A stretch of DNA of 64,000 bases from the human T2T-CHM13v2.0 reference genome, Homo sapiens. A program made the position numbers and the translations under genes. Under the pieces are notes generated by a model. It saw only the letters and a list, made by a program, of their open reading frames with translations. It was not told the origin of the DNA and searched no databases. Positions 16,143 through 30,085 of the stretch are shown in pieces (the stretch's first letter is position 1; the number at the start of each line of letters is the position of its first letter). The stretch lies in NCBI RefSeq assembly GCF_009914755.1, contig NC_060927.1. One strand, written 5' to 3'.

Positions 16143-17164
16143 TCCCACTAAATTTTGAGAACCACTGCCCAAGCTGTGGTGGGAGGTAGAAGAATGAAGG
16201 GACTATGGAAATGGTGGGACTTCAAAGGGGCTGAAGCCTTCATGAGGAGGAGAGTCAGGGCAAAGCACAGAGCTAGGATGGCGCTTTGTTGGATTTCTTG
16301 CCAGTGGTGTAGCGGAGCCCCAGTACATGCCTAACCTAGTTCGTGTCTGCCCCCTCCCAAGGCTGCTAGCCCCTGAAGCCTCTCTTCTTCCCAAGACATG
16401 CAATTCTCCCAGCCCCCAGCCTCCAGGCGATCCCAGCTGCTTCTGTTATATCTTATTAGTCAAGTGGAACATTAATTAAATGTGAGAATAATAGACCCAG
16501 AGTCCAAAAATATTGTAAAGCCCAAGGAAGAAAAGAAGTCCTTTCAAAGGGCCCTGCAGTAGCTGGAACTCTTCATTATGTCACAATAAGGAAGGCTGTT
16601 ACCCTGAGATTCCCACTCTGCCAGGTGACTCAAGGCAGCAGGCCTTGGGATGTGTGGCAGGGTGACATGGGGGTGGGGAGCCCAGGGAGCCAGGAGCAAC
16701 CTGGGTCACGTGGACTACCAGCAGACTCCGTAAGGAGGGCCACAAGGGCCCTCTGGGAAAATGGGACCCTCTGGGAAAAGAAGAAAGTTCAAACCACCCC
16801 TCTCCACTCCATCCTCACCCTCCTGACTTTTTCCCCTGGTGAACTCCTATTCATTCTTCAAGGCCCAACACAAAAGCCCCCATCTCTGAGAAGCAGAGTT
16901 AATCCTTGCATTCCCTGAGCTGTGGCAGAACTGTGAACTGCTCTGAATTCAGCTTCTGGGTCACATAGTTATTTCAGGCCATTATTCCCATGTCTGTCCC
17001 CCCTCAACCCCCGCAACCAGACTAACCCAGACTAAATTAACTTTTCCCACCTCAGGGTCCTCAGGACAAGGCCTGGCCCTGAGCAGGTGTTGGTGAACAT
17101 TTGTCAGAAGAACCAATTATTTTTGTTAATACAAACCCTGGTGCTGGCCAGCTCTGGTTTCAAA

Positions 17165-17280
17165 CTTTTTTCTTTCTTTCGTTTCCTTTGCTTTGCTTTC
17201 CTTTCTTTTTCTTTCTGTCCCTCCCTCTCTTCCTTCCTTCCTTTTTCTTTCCCTCCTTCCCTCCCTCCCTCCCTTCTTTT

Positions 17281-17355
<75 letters not shown>

Positions 17356-17452
17356 ATTTTGCTATGTTGCACAAGCTAGTCTTGAACTCATGGGCTGAAA
17401 CAATCCTCCTATCTCAGGCTGGGATTATAGGCACACGCCACGACACCTGCCT
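17165..17452 (-). repeat. Polypyrimidine tract with perfect (TTTC)n at ~17280-17354, attached to an Alu-monomer remnant
   Basis: Direct reading; expanded Alu tail. Confidence 0.9.
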
Positions 17453-18751
17453 CAAACTCCTTCTTTCAAACAAAATCTTGCCCCATGTCCAGCTGGTGCA
17501 AAGCAAGCAGATGGTAGCTGTTTGAACTTCTTTAACTGACATTCGAGGTGCTTCATGATCTCAACTTAATCTCCCTCCTCAATAGGGTTTCTCAAGTATG
17601 TTTGTGGGCCACCTGCATCAGAATAATCTGGGGCCCCATCCCAGACCTGCGGAATCAGAATCTCAGGGAGTCTGAGGATCCCAGTCTACAGATAGTGCTG
17701 GGGGAGAGGGAGGAGGTGGTGACAGGTAGGGGATTTGTCAAGACTTGGATAAAGGGGCTCTGTCAGAAGTCAAGAATAGACATGTCTCTCCTCAGCCCCT
17801 AGGGCTGCAGTTTTCTCCCTTGCCAAGCAGTAGAGTTATCTGAATTAAACACAGTGCTCCTAATGAAACAATAAGATTTATTGCATACTCTGCTACGTAC
17901 TGGCAAATCCTCTAATTGAGGCAGCTGCCCTGGGAAGCCACTGAGAACACCCGGTGTGGTCCACCTTCACCCTGTCAGAAGGAAAGGGGCTATGAAGCTG
18001 GAAGGAAGCTTGAACTGCTTCATTTCTCCAAGATCCTAAAGCTGGGCATACTGCCCTGGGAGGGCTGGGGTGGTGGTTGAAGGAGATCTGGAACTGTGGC
18101 TTTTAGAGTGGACCTCCACAGAGAGCCCCTTCGGTAGCCTTGCCAGCCTCTCTGAGTCCTGAACCACCTTCCTTTCTCTGCTTTAAGCATGCATACCCCA
18201 CAATGGTTTGGCATGGGGGGCCTTTCCCAGCCCTGCAGGTGGGGCCCCTCCCTGTCCTGAATGTTACATGTGCCCTTCACTCCCCACACCTTGGCACTTT
18301 TGGTCCCCTGTCCTTTGACTGTCCCTCCTCTCATTTCCCCGCCTAGTAAACTCCAGCCCATGTCACCTCCTCTGTGAGACCTGCCCTGACTATTTCCACA
18401 CCTCTGGCAGAAGGATCTCTCCCTCCCCTGCACTCCCACAGTGCCTTACAACAACCATACAAACAGCAGCTAACAGTTACTGAGCACTTACTACAGGCCC
18501 TGGCCTCTGTTTCCTGTCTGAAGGAGAGAAAGGGGAAGAAAGGAGAAAGCATTCTAAGATGGTTTCATGAGGTCCCTGTGTTCTCCAGTTTGGTGTGAGA
18601 AGCAGCAAAACAATCCCCTTATTTCAAGAGGCATGGATGCGGCCCAGGAGGCCCAGGCAAGGGGAGCTTGCAGTGAGGACCCAGGGGTTGCAGAATGTGG
18701 ACCGCTGACTGCAGAGCAGTCAGGGACGAGGCCAGCTCAGGGGAAAGATGG

Positions 18752-19245
18752 TGCAGCAGGTTGTATTTTCAAGATGGCCACAGCTTCCCATCCCATGGGC
18801 TCCTGTTGAGATGTTGCTGCTCCTTTCATAGAGAGGTGGGACTTATGTTCTATTCCCTTGAATGTGGCATGTGCCTACAGCACAAAGATTCTCTGTGACT
18901 TCTGAGGCTAGGTCGTAAAAGGTGAGACAACTTCAGTCTGGTTCTCTTGGGTTGCTTGCTATTGAACCCCAGCTGCCATGCTGTGAGGGAGCCCAGGTGA
19001 CTGGGAGACACCACAGTCCTCACTAAGGCTCTAACCAATAGCCAGCATCAGCTGTCAGACGTGTGACTGAGAAATCTTTGAGATAGCTCCAGCCTCAGCC
19101 AGTGTCCAACTGCAACAGCACAAGGGACTCTGAGCAAGAATCACCTGCCGGAGCCTAGTTTACCCCAGAACTGTTAAGAGAATAATGGTTTGTAATTGTA
19201 AATTTTGGGGTGATTCCTTATGCAATAATAGAAAATCAGAACAGA
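18752..19245 (+). mobile_element. MaLR LTR (MLT1-type, same family as 10750-11255)
   Basis: ttgtattttcaagatggccaca...gctgccatgctgtgaggg...ttatgcaataatagaaaatcagaaca. Confidence 0.8.
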
Positions 19246-21765
19246 TGGGGATGCCTAGGACTGACTGGGTCGGGGGGCAGGTATATTCTGAAGTGGGGGG
19301 TTCTGAAATGACCAAGACTAGGTTTCCACTTCTTGGTAGAAAGGGGGCTTGAGGTAGAAACAAAATTCCAACCTAGAAAGTCACAATTTTTGCATATTTG
19401 GCTTTTAGACTGGAAGTCACAGGTGACTGTTATGTGACCTTGTGCAAATCACTTTCCCTTTCTGAGCTTCTCGAGCTCTGATCTCCATAGGGTAAGCATT
19501 CCTCCTTGTGAGATTGTTTTGTGAGGATTACAGGAGATCACGAATGCCAAGTACCTGGAACTCACCTGGCACACTCATGTGTGCTGAGCACAGATGGGTT
19601 GGGGGCCTCTGGCCATCCCCCTTGCCACCCCCCGCCATCTCTACTTCAGGGTCACGCTGATGCCTGGACACTTGCATGCTGCTCCTGGGGACACACATAC
19701 TCCCTCTCCCTCCTCCCTTGCTGCTGAAACAAGTCAGGAGCCAGGCGATCAATGGCCGGCCTTGCCTGGGCGAGCTCTCTGCTCATTACAAGTGCCTGCC
19801 ACCTCCGCGTCCCTCCTATCCAAGGACAGCTTGGTGGGGACCTAATTCAGAGAAGGAATGAAACAGCCAGGAGTCTGCTTCTCTCACCCCCTTCCTGTCC
19901 ATGCCCCCATCTGCCCAGAGCCAGAGACCTTACTGCTCATACTGTTCTCAGGAGATAGTTAAGGTCTCCTGCCTGGAGACCTCAACATTCCCCTCTAGGG
20001 CATCTTGACGGTTCTGCCCAGTCATATCCTCAGCTGGTCACTTAGCCTAAACATCTACCATTAGTCTAGATGGCAACCACCTGTCTATTAGGTACTAATT
20101 GTGTGGCAGGTGGCTTACATCTCAATCAACCTCACCCAATCTCTGTGGTAGGAACTACAATGAGGTCAACTTGATAGAGAAGAAACTGAGGAGCAAATAA
20201 GTCACTTCTCCTGGAGAATAGTTGGGCTAGAGTCAGGCTGGCCTTATTCCCAGGGCTCTCTGCACTCGGAGGCTATCAAAATAGTCTCCAAATTCAAGCA
20301 CCCTTTTGTCTGGTGCTCAACAGAAGAAATCCTGGGGTTTTGATGAAGAGATAGGCAAATAGAACTATTAATTTATTCTTTCATTCATTCTTTACTTCAG
20401 CATCTATTAAGTGGTAGGCTCTGTTCTAGATGAAGGGATAGAGCAGTCACCAAAAGAAATTCCCTGCTCCCAGAGTTTCCAATCTAGTGGCCCAGAGAGG
20501 TGACATCACTTGCCTCAGGTCAAACAGCCAGAAAGTAGCCATAACCAGAGGCAGAAGGGGTGATCATAGGGAGAGGTCTGATCTGACTCCCTAGGATCAG
20601 GCCAGCCAAGGCATGGAGGGCAGGACATACCTTGGCAACAGGCTGGCCAGGGTTCCAATCCCACTACTGCTATGTCCTCATCATGCAACTCTGGGAAAAC
20701 CACTTTGCTTTTTTGAGCCTGTTTTCTTGTGGGTGGAATGGGGATAGTTAGAACCATGGTTGAAACAGGCCCTGAGAGGATGAAACAGGCCCTGGTAAAT
20801 GTTGGGGACTGGCCTTCCCTTTCTCCTTCCAGGGAGGGTTGCAGGCTTCTTCCACCTCCTCTGTGAGCAACCTTGGCCTCAGTCAACCCTCATGAATGTG
20901 GAAGAGATCTGAGTGTACTGTGGCCTGATCAGCCACCTCTGCTTCCTGTATCTCATCAGCTTGCTCCTAGGGTCCTTGGGCATGGAGTGGCAAAGTTCTA
21001 CAGCACATAAAGCACAAATTATTTAAAAAATATTAAAGAGATAATTGTGGTGTGTGGAGAATAGATTGGAGGTGGGGGGCATATCTGTCAGCTATTTCAC
21101 AATAATGCCACATAACAAGCCACCCCAAAACCCAGTGGTTTCAAACAATGATCATCTCATCTCATAGGCCTGCAGACAAGTTGGAGTGGCTCTGCTCCAA
21201 CTGTATCTGATTCTCCTCCCAGCAGCAGCGGGTGAGCCAAGGCATGTTCCAGTGGCCATGGCAGAAGCACAAGAGGGCGAGTGAAAATGCTCTTAAATCC
21301 CAGGTGGGGGCCCACTTATGCTCCATCCTGTTGACCAGTGCCATTCAATAGCCAAGGCCAAGGTTAAGGGAGACGGAAATCTATCCATCCCATTGGCAGA
21401 GGTGTGGCTGCAGGAAGAGGTGAAGAATTGGGACTAATTTTCAATATACCACAGGAGGAGGTGAGGAAGAAGTATGTCTACTTAAGAGGCCCCCATAGAC
21501 ATCCAGGTGAGTGAGGATGGACCAGACTGGCAGCAGTGGCAGTGATGAGAAATATCTGTTGACTGAATGAATGCTCAGACCCTTAATTCCACCTTGACCC
21601 TTAATTCCACTCCTAGGAATTCATGCTAATAACATAAACTAAACTGTGAAGATGTTCATTACAGCATTGCTTATAATAATAAAATATGGATACAACTTAA
21701 ATGTGCATGAAATGTAACTCCTAAATTCTAGCATCTTAGAAAATGTAATAGAAAGAGACTGCTTT

Positions 21766-22120
21766 GGACTGGCGTGGTGGCTTACACCGGTAATCCCAGC
21801 ACTTTGGGAGGCTGAGGCAGGAGGATCACTTGAGGACAGGAGTTTGAGACCAGCCTGGGCAACACAGCAAGACCTGTCTCTGCAAAAAATAAAAAAATTA
21901 GCCAAGTGTGGTGATGTGTACCTGTAGTCCCAGCTACTCGGGAGGCTGAAGCAAGAAGATCACTTGAGCCCAGGAGTTTGAGGTTATAGTGAGCTATAAT
22001 TGTACCACTGCACTCTAGCCTGGGTGACAGAGTGAGACCCTATCTGAAAAGAAAGAGAGAGAAGAAAGAAATAAAAAGAGAAAGAAAGAATGAAAGAAAG
22101 AAAGAAGAAAGAAAGAAAGA
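21766..22120 (+). mobile_element. AluJ-type with (GAAA)-rich tail
   Basis: Dimer plus purine-rich tail; a MIR follows. Confidence 0.9.
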
Positions 22121-22859
22121 GGGAGAGGAGACTGGACTGTGGAGTCAGATAGACCTGAGTTTGAATCCCAGCTCTATTGCTTTTGAGACGTGTGACCCTG
22201 AGAAAATCACTTCACCTCTCTGAGCCTCAGGTGTGGAGGAAGGAAAAGTCACGACTTTGTAGAGGAGGACAGAAAAAGTTCACTGGCATTAGAACAGGCT
22301 TCCTAGACAAGTGGGAGTCAAGCTGGGGAAGGAGGGATATGACTTGGAGAGGCAGATGGAGAAGGTAGGCGCCCCAGATGGGAGGGACATGCGTCCAAAG
22401 GTGCTGGTGGCAGGAACAACGTGGCACGTCTGAGGGAGTGAGGAAACTGTAGGATTGGAACTGAGGTGGAAGAGGAGCAGTGGATATGAGGTAGGATGGG
22501 GTTGAAGGGCCTGACCGCAAAAGACCATGAGTGCTGGGCCTCCAGACAGAGCACTGTGGGGTGGGATCAGTGAGTGTAGGTGCGGCCCTGATTTGGGCTT
22601 GACCTTTGCTTCATGGGCTGTGATGCAACAAGCGACTTCTTGTTCTGGGATAGTCCCTTTTGGACCGCTAGACATTCTTATTTGTAAAATATAGTCCATT
22701 ATGTTGTTAATGAACTTCCTTCTCTTTTTGGTTTTAGAGAACCAACAGGCGTTGGGTTCCCTGCCTGTGAAACCCTTCACTTGGCACTTGATGTCATTGT
22801 CCCATTCAGCCCTCACAGCAGCCCACATGGTGGGGATCATGATTCCCATTTCTTCCTCT

Positions 22860-23940
<1,081 letters not shown>

Positions 23941-24067
23941 TTGATTCTCACTTCTTAGATGAGGCCACTGAAGCTTAGAGGTTAGACTGAAGTCTTGTCT
24001 GAGGTCACACAGTGCCTACCTGTTCCAGCAAAGGGGTTCTTTGTCTTCGCTTGGAGTCTCTCCTGAG

Positions 24068-24370
24068 GGGTGTGTGTGTGTGTGTGTTGTGCTTGTGCCT
24101 GTGAGGCTGTGTCTTTGTACATTTGGGCATATCTGGGGTTCTCTTCGTGTCCCTGTGTGTTTCTTTTTGTATGAATGACTGTGTGTGTCTATTGTGTGTC
24201 CCTGTGGGTCTGTGTGTGTGTCACTGTCTCCTTGTATAAGTCCTATGTGTGTCTGGGTCCCCATATGTGTCTCTAAAGGTGTTTCTCTTGGTATCTGTAA
24301 CTTTGTGTGTCCATGTGTATCCTTGTTATGTGTCCTGTGTGTCTTGTGTCTGTGCACCCTTGTATGTGTC
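24068..24370. repeat. TG-rich low-complexity region
   Basis: Degenerate (TG)n/(TGTC)n. Confidence 0.8.
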
Positions 24371-26039
24371 AGAGTCCCTGTATTAGGAGCTGCGATGCCA
24401 AATGAGTGACATCTTCTCCACCCCCACCAGCCTCCTGGGCTCTGTCTCCAGCATGAACCAGCCTGGTGGCTGTGACCTGGCCAGGGCAGCTCAACACTCA
24501 GCGTTCTACACCAAGCCCAGGTGAAAGTATCACAAATTTGTTGAGCAATCGAAGCCCAAGCTCCCATCATCCCAACAGCTGCAGTGAATCTATCTGTGAC
24601 TTCTCTGGATACCCATTAAAAAATAGCTCTCAGTAATAGGGTGTGGAGGGCTGATCTGTCTGCATGGCTCCAGCCAGAATTTATTAAGCTTTCTTTTTTT
24701 AATTTCTTTTAATTTCCCTTTTTAAATTTCTTTTAATTTCCCTACCTATTGGGCTTGAGTGGCTCATCAATCATGGGATGCCTGCTGTGTAAGGTACATC
24801 CTCAGTGCTGCCGTGTGACATCCGGCCCACGCCTGTCCCCCAAGAGCAGACAGTGCCCAAGTGTCCTGTCCCTGCTTCATGCTGAATCCCTGATACGATC
24901 AAGCTTTTCCTTCATCAGAACTTTGTCATGACCACATTCCTCTCTGCGTTGTGCAACATTGGCTGTAATTGCAATTGGCCGGGCCTAGATTGTGGAGGAG
25001 GAGGGCTTGAGAGCAGGTTTATGGGGAGGGCCATCAAGTGCTGGGCTCCTCCTCAGAAGCCCTTGCTTGCCTGAGCATCAGTCATGACGATCCTGAATTG
25101 CCCCCTGGCTGCAAAACCACTAAAAGAAAATCCACTGGCTGTAGCCAGCCGGGCTCTCAGAGTAGCCCTGCTGATGCATCCAGCCTCAACCTTTGGCATG
25201 TCTAGACCCAGGATGCTTGTGACAGATGGCTCCTGCCCCACCTCTCTGCCCTAGCTATGAGCCAGAGCTAAGAACAGCCCTGTCTTCTGATTTCTCCCCA
25301 CAGTATCCATGACCTAGATCTACATCCACAGGTAACTCTTGGCCAAGTGCCGATGAAGGTATTAGAAATGGTGAGGGCTGGGTGGGTCTGCAGGAAAAAA
25401 AGGGAGTCTTTTACCCTCAGCCAGCCCCACACCTCTACCTGCCCATAGTGCTCCTGGCTGAGTGCCCTACCTGCTCTTCGCTGGCCTTTCCAATATTAAT
25501 CACCTTCCAGGCTCCTGATTAGCCTCACCTCATAGTTCAGGCTTGACTGGGCATCTCCTGTCCATGGAGACTGCTTCCCCCATAGCACATGATCAGTGCT
25601 ATGTGTCTTGACACATAATTGCTCTTTAATTGTTTCTGCTGTTTTTTGTTTGTCTGTTTGTTTTTCTTGTCTCGCAGCTTCCCTATGAGCTCCTTGGGGC
25701 AGGAAACCAGTTCACTTCTGTCTCACTCACTCACTCATTCATAGATTTACTCATGCATTTATTCACTCCCTACTCACTCTTCCACTCAGTCACCTAAAGC
25801 GTATTATCCTTAAAAGTGTTTTGGCCTCCCCTTGATGACCACATATGAATGAGACCAGAGAAATTACCCATCTTTTGAAAGTCCAGGTGAGATATTGTTC
25901 ACAGGGCTAGGCTGAGTCCCAAGGCCCTAGCCTTGATCTTGATTTATCTCCCAGAGACATATGAGACTTTGGGTCACTTCCCCAATGGGGACACTTCTCA
26001 GGGAGAACTGGAGCTCCTTCTGTAAGGTGCAGAATAGGT

Positions 26040-26359
26040 TTATTATTATTATTATTTATTATTATTATTATTATTATTTTTTGAGTCGGAGTCTCACTCT
26101 GTCACTCAGGCTGGAGTGCAATGGCACAATCTCTGGCTCAATGCAACCTCTGCCTCCCGGGTTCAAGCAATTCTGCCTCAGCCTCCCGAGTAGCTGGGAT
26201 TACAGGCGCCTGCCACCACGCCCGGCTATTTTTGTATTTTTAGTAGAGACAGGGTTTCACCATATTGGCCAGGCTGGTCTCAAACTCCTGACCTCAAGAT
26301 CCGCCCGCCTCAGCCTCCCAAAGTGCTGGGATTACAGGCTTGAGCCACCGTTCCCGGCC
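26040..26359 (-). mobile_element. AluS with (TTA)n tail
   Basis: Full dimer; ATTATTATTATT on both sides. Confidence 0.93.
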
Positions 26360-26479
26360 ATTATTATTATTTTTTAAAGTAGCTGGGCCTTGGTGAGCCA
26401 GCAGGCAGGACAAAGCTCCCTGAACCCTGCCCCTTCCCTGCCAGCTGTACTTTCAACATCTGAGAGAGTGTATAACATG

Positions 26480-26830
26480 GTGATTTAGAGTCAAAGACTT
26501 GGTCTTCCACCTGATGACCTCGGGCAAGTTGCCCAACCTTCTGGGTCTCAGCTTTCTCATCTGTAAAATGGGATTAACTGCAATACTCACATCATTCAAT
26601 TTTATGAAGATTTAATGTAATAATACACGTAAAACACTTTGCATAAGGACCAGAATGTAGTAACCAATTAGTGTTTGCTGAAAATTTTAGGTTATTATTA
26701 CCAGTATGTAAATATTATTATCATCCTCATTTTACAGAAGAGAAAACTGAGCCCTAGAGATGTTAAGTGATGTACCTAAGGCCTGCAGTGAATCAGTAGC
26801 AGAGCTGGTACTCAAGCACAGGCCTTCAGA
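26480..26830. mobile_element. Two MIR elements in opposite orientation
   Basis: MIR core ctcagctttctcatctgtaaaatggg (+) and catttttacagaagagaaaactgag-like (-). Confidence 0.75.
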
Positions 26831-28903
26831 GTTTGAGGCAGAGGCTAAGGCCAGGGAATGTGGCTCCCTTTTCCTGCCCTGGCATGGAATAAGCCATGGC
26901 CCAGCCATGGGATCCCTTCACATCTTTGAGTTTCATCTGTTAGTCACTAGGTTGCAAGTGACAGAAGGGGTAGCTCAAACTGAGTAGAACAAAAAAGTAA
27001 TGTATCAGCTTCTGTAACTGAAGAGTCCAGTGATATGTTCAAACAGTGTCATGGAAAGCCAGTTACACTTTCTGGTTCAATTAACTTTGTGGTGGCATCA
27101 TTCGTAAGCAGAATCTTTCCATGAGGTAGCAGAAATAGTGCCCAGTAGTGCTTGGCTTGTACCCCTACACCCCAAGCATGAAAGAACACCTCTTCCCACA
27201 CCGTTTCAGCAAAAATCTCAAGTTTGAGTTTCATTGGCCTGGCTTGGCCATACATCTGTCCTTGAACCAGTCCCTGTAGATGGGAGATTCACACTCTGAT
27301 TGGCTAGGCCTGGGGCACAAGGATCCCAGGGTGGTGTTAACTCCACATAAACCAACAGGCTAGAGAGCAGGGGAAGGTAAGGACCCCTTGGAAACCCGGG
27401 GTCCTGTTATAAGAAGGAAGGGGCCTGGAGGCTGAACAGACAAAAATAATAGTTACCTATACAAATGGGAATAAGACTTTCACATTTCTTGTGAGAATTA
27501 TTTGTGATCATGTGGAGAGCATTTCTTTCATCTTTGGGCCTCTAAGTGGGACTCTTTTTTTTCTTATCGTCCTTGATGTTCATTTGACCCAATTGTATCC
27601 CCTTGCCCTTCCCCGTCCTCAGATCCTTCTTCCAACCTCTTCCCCGTCTCAATCTCTCTTTCCTGAAATCACAGCCAGGATTTGAGTCCATGACTCCCCT
27701 GAGGCCCCAGTACAGAGGAGGAGGCCTTATCAGTCAGGATTGGTGACAACAGAACCCAACTCCAGCGAGCTTAGCTGAAAAGGGGGATTTGTTGCTCATC
27801 AGGAAGACCAAAAGGTCAGGCTTGAGAGCAAAAGGAGGCCCCTGCAGGGTCCAGCTGGGCAGCAAGGACTTCTCAACCGTCTTGTTCCTGTGCAGCTGCT
27901 GCTGTGCTGCAAATGTCCCTGCAGCAAATCTGCCATCTCTCTGCTGGAGAGTCTAGGTCCCAGGAAACAGTGGGAGCCACAGGACCACTGCTTGGCCCTG
28001 AGAGGTTGGACAGCATGGCGGGTATCCTACCAAGGCTACATGTAATGCGAGGAAGGAAAAGGCAAAGAAGGAAAGAGCTGTCCTTCTGCTTCCTGGAAGT
28101 CAAAAGGTGAACACAGGTGACCAGAGCACCACAGTGTCCACTCCAGATGCACACGTGGGTTCTCAGGGGGCAGTGGAAGAGAACCCTTAGATAGAGGGAT
28201 GCAGGCCTCTTGTTGGGCCATATCGAAGGTCTCCGTCAGCACCCGCTGGGCCCCTCCTCCTCCATCTGTTGTCACCCTGACTCAAGACCAGTGTTACTGG
28301 CATATTAATACTTGCTCCCCCATTTGCAATATTCAGGGTGCAGGCTCCAGGTATTCTGAGGACAAGCTCTTAATTAGCCCAGAACACTGGGATAGAGCCT
28401 GCCTGTGGCTGACAGCAAAATAAATATACCTAAATTGCCAACGTAATTTGAAGTCGGTTTTCATTTTTCTCCCGTAATAAGAGAAGCGATGGCAGGGGTG
28501 GGGGCTTGTTATCTCTGGCGGGCCTGATGGATGATGAGGTGTCTGATCCGCCGCATCTGTCGGCTTCCTGGTGGCAAGACATTTATTGCCCACCCCCACC
28601 CCTACTACCACCCTGGTCCACCAAACCATTTCCGTCCTCATCAGAATTAGCGTATATTCTTTCGAGATGATCTAAAGACAAGCTTCATGATACATATTTC
28701 TACAGTCAGAGTCTCACTCCTTCTCCATCTTGGGCATTTGAGACATCAGATTCTGGGTTAAAGGATGGCTTTGGGTATTTATTCCTTCAAAATACTTTCT
28801 AATAAAAAGTTTCTATAATTTAGTGAGAAGAAGATTTAACCAAAGAGAATTTTGTAAAAGGAAAATAAAATTCTCCACATTCATCACCATCCTAACGCAT
28901 TAG

Positions 28904-29317
<414 letters not shown>

Positions 29318-29744
29318 GCTCTTTCTAAGCCTTGATTTCTTTAAACAGGGAGAGTAATTTTGACTTCACAGGGCTGTGTGAATTAAATGAGAAAACGTGT
29401 TCAGGCCACCCAGGTGTTGGGCCCGTTTTCCCAAACCTTACCTGTTGCTCCTTTCCAGCATTCACCATTTCCTCAGCATCCACTGTGCTCTATGCTCTGT
29501 GGGAGATGAACACAGACCCTGCCTTCCAGGAAATTCCCTCTGTTCTGTGAACACATGTTAATTTACCAGATTAGCTAGCAGAAAATGAAGAAGGGAAGTG
29601 CTGACAGGTAGTTTTGAAGGGAACAGTGAGGTTGTCCTATTCATGGATAGAACATTTGATCTAGAGCTATGTTCTCTCATCAGATGAGGTCACCAGTAAC
29701 CAACTGGACCCTACTCCAGCCTCTAAACCCTGCCTTAAACTAAG

Positions 29745-30085
29745 CAATGGATACATCTGCCCACATGTATGCAATGACCTGTATACTTAGGCACAAACAC
29801 ACATGCACATGTGTGCAACAAACATGAACCCATACACATGCATATACACATATGCACATGCACACACAAAGCATAGGTGTGCAAGCACATGTGTGCTCCT
29901 TATAGACATGGACCCATGCATGTGCATACACATACATATGCATGTACACACACTAGACACATGTACATGTGCACACCATACAGACATGGACCTGCACGTG
30001 TATACACATGCACACAGGTACATCATGTGAAGGTGCAAATACACGTACACAATCACAGGCACCCACACAGATGTGTACATGCTCT
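29745..30085. repeat. Alternating purine-pyrimidine low-complexity tract (CA/TG/TA mix)
   Basis: Direct reading; source of several spurious His/Cys/Val ORFs. Confidence 0.88.

Noticed and set aside
17087-17525. Phe/Leu/Ser-rich and Lys/Glu/Arg-rich ORFs (also 61782-62217)
   Set aside because: Translations of (TTTC)n microsatellites.
21578-21610. Short direct duplications (GACCCTTAATTCCAC x2; also ~2864-2926 and ~24697-24743)
   Set aside because: Ordinary slippage micro-duplications with no further structure.
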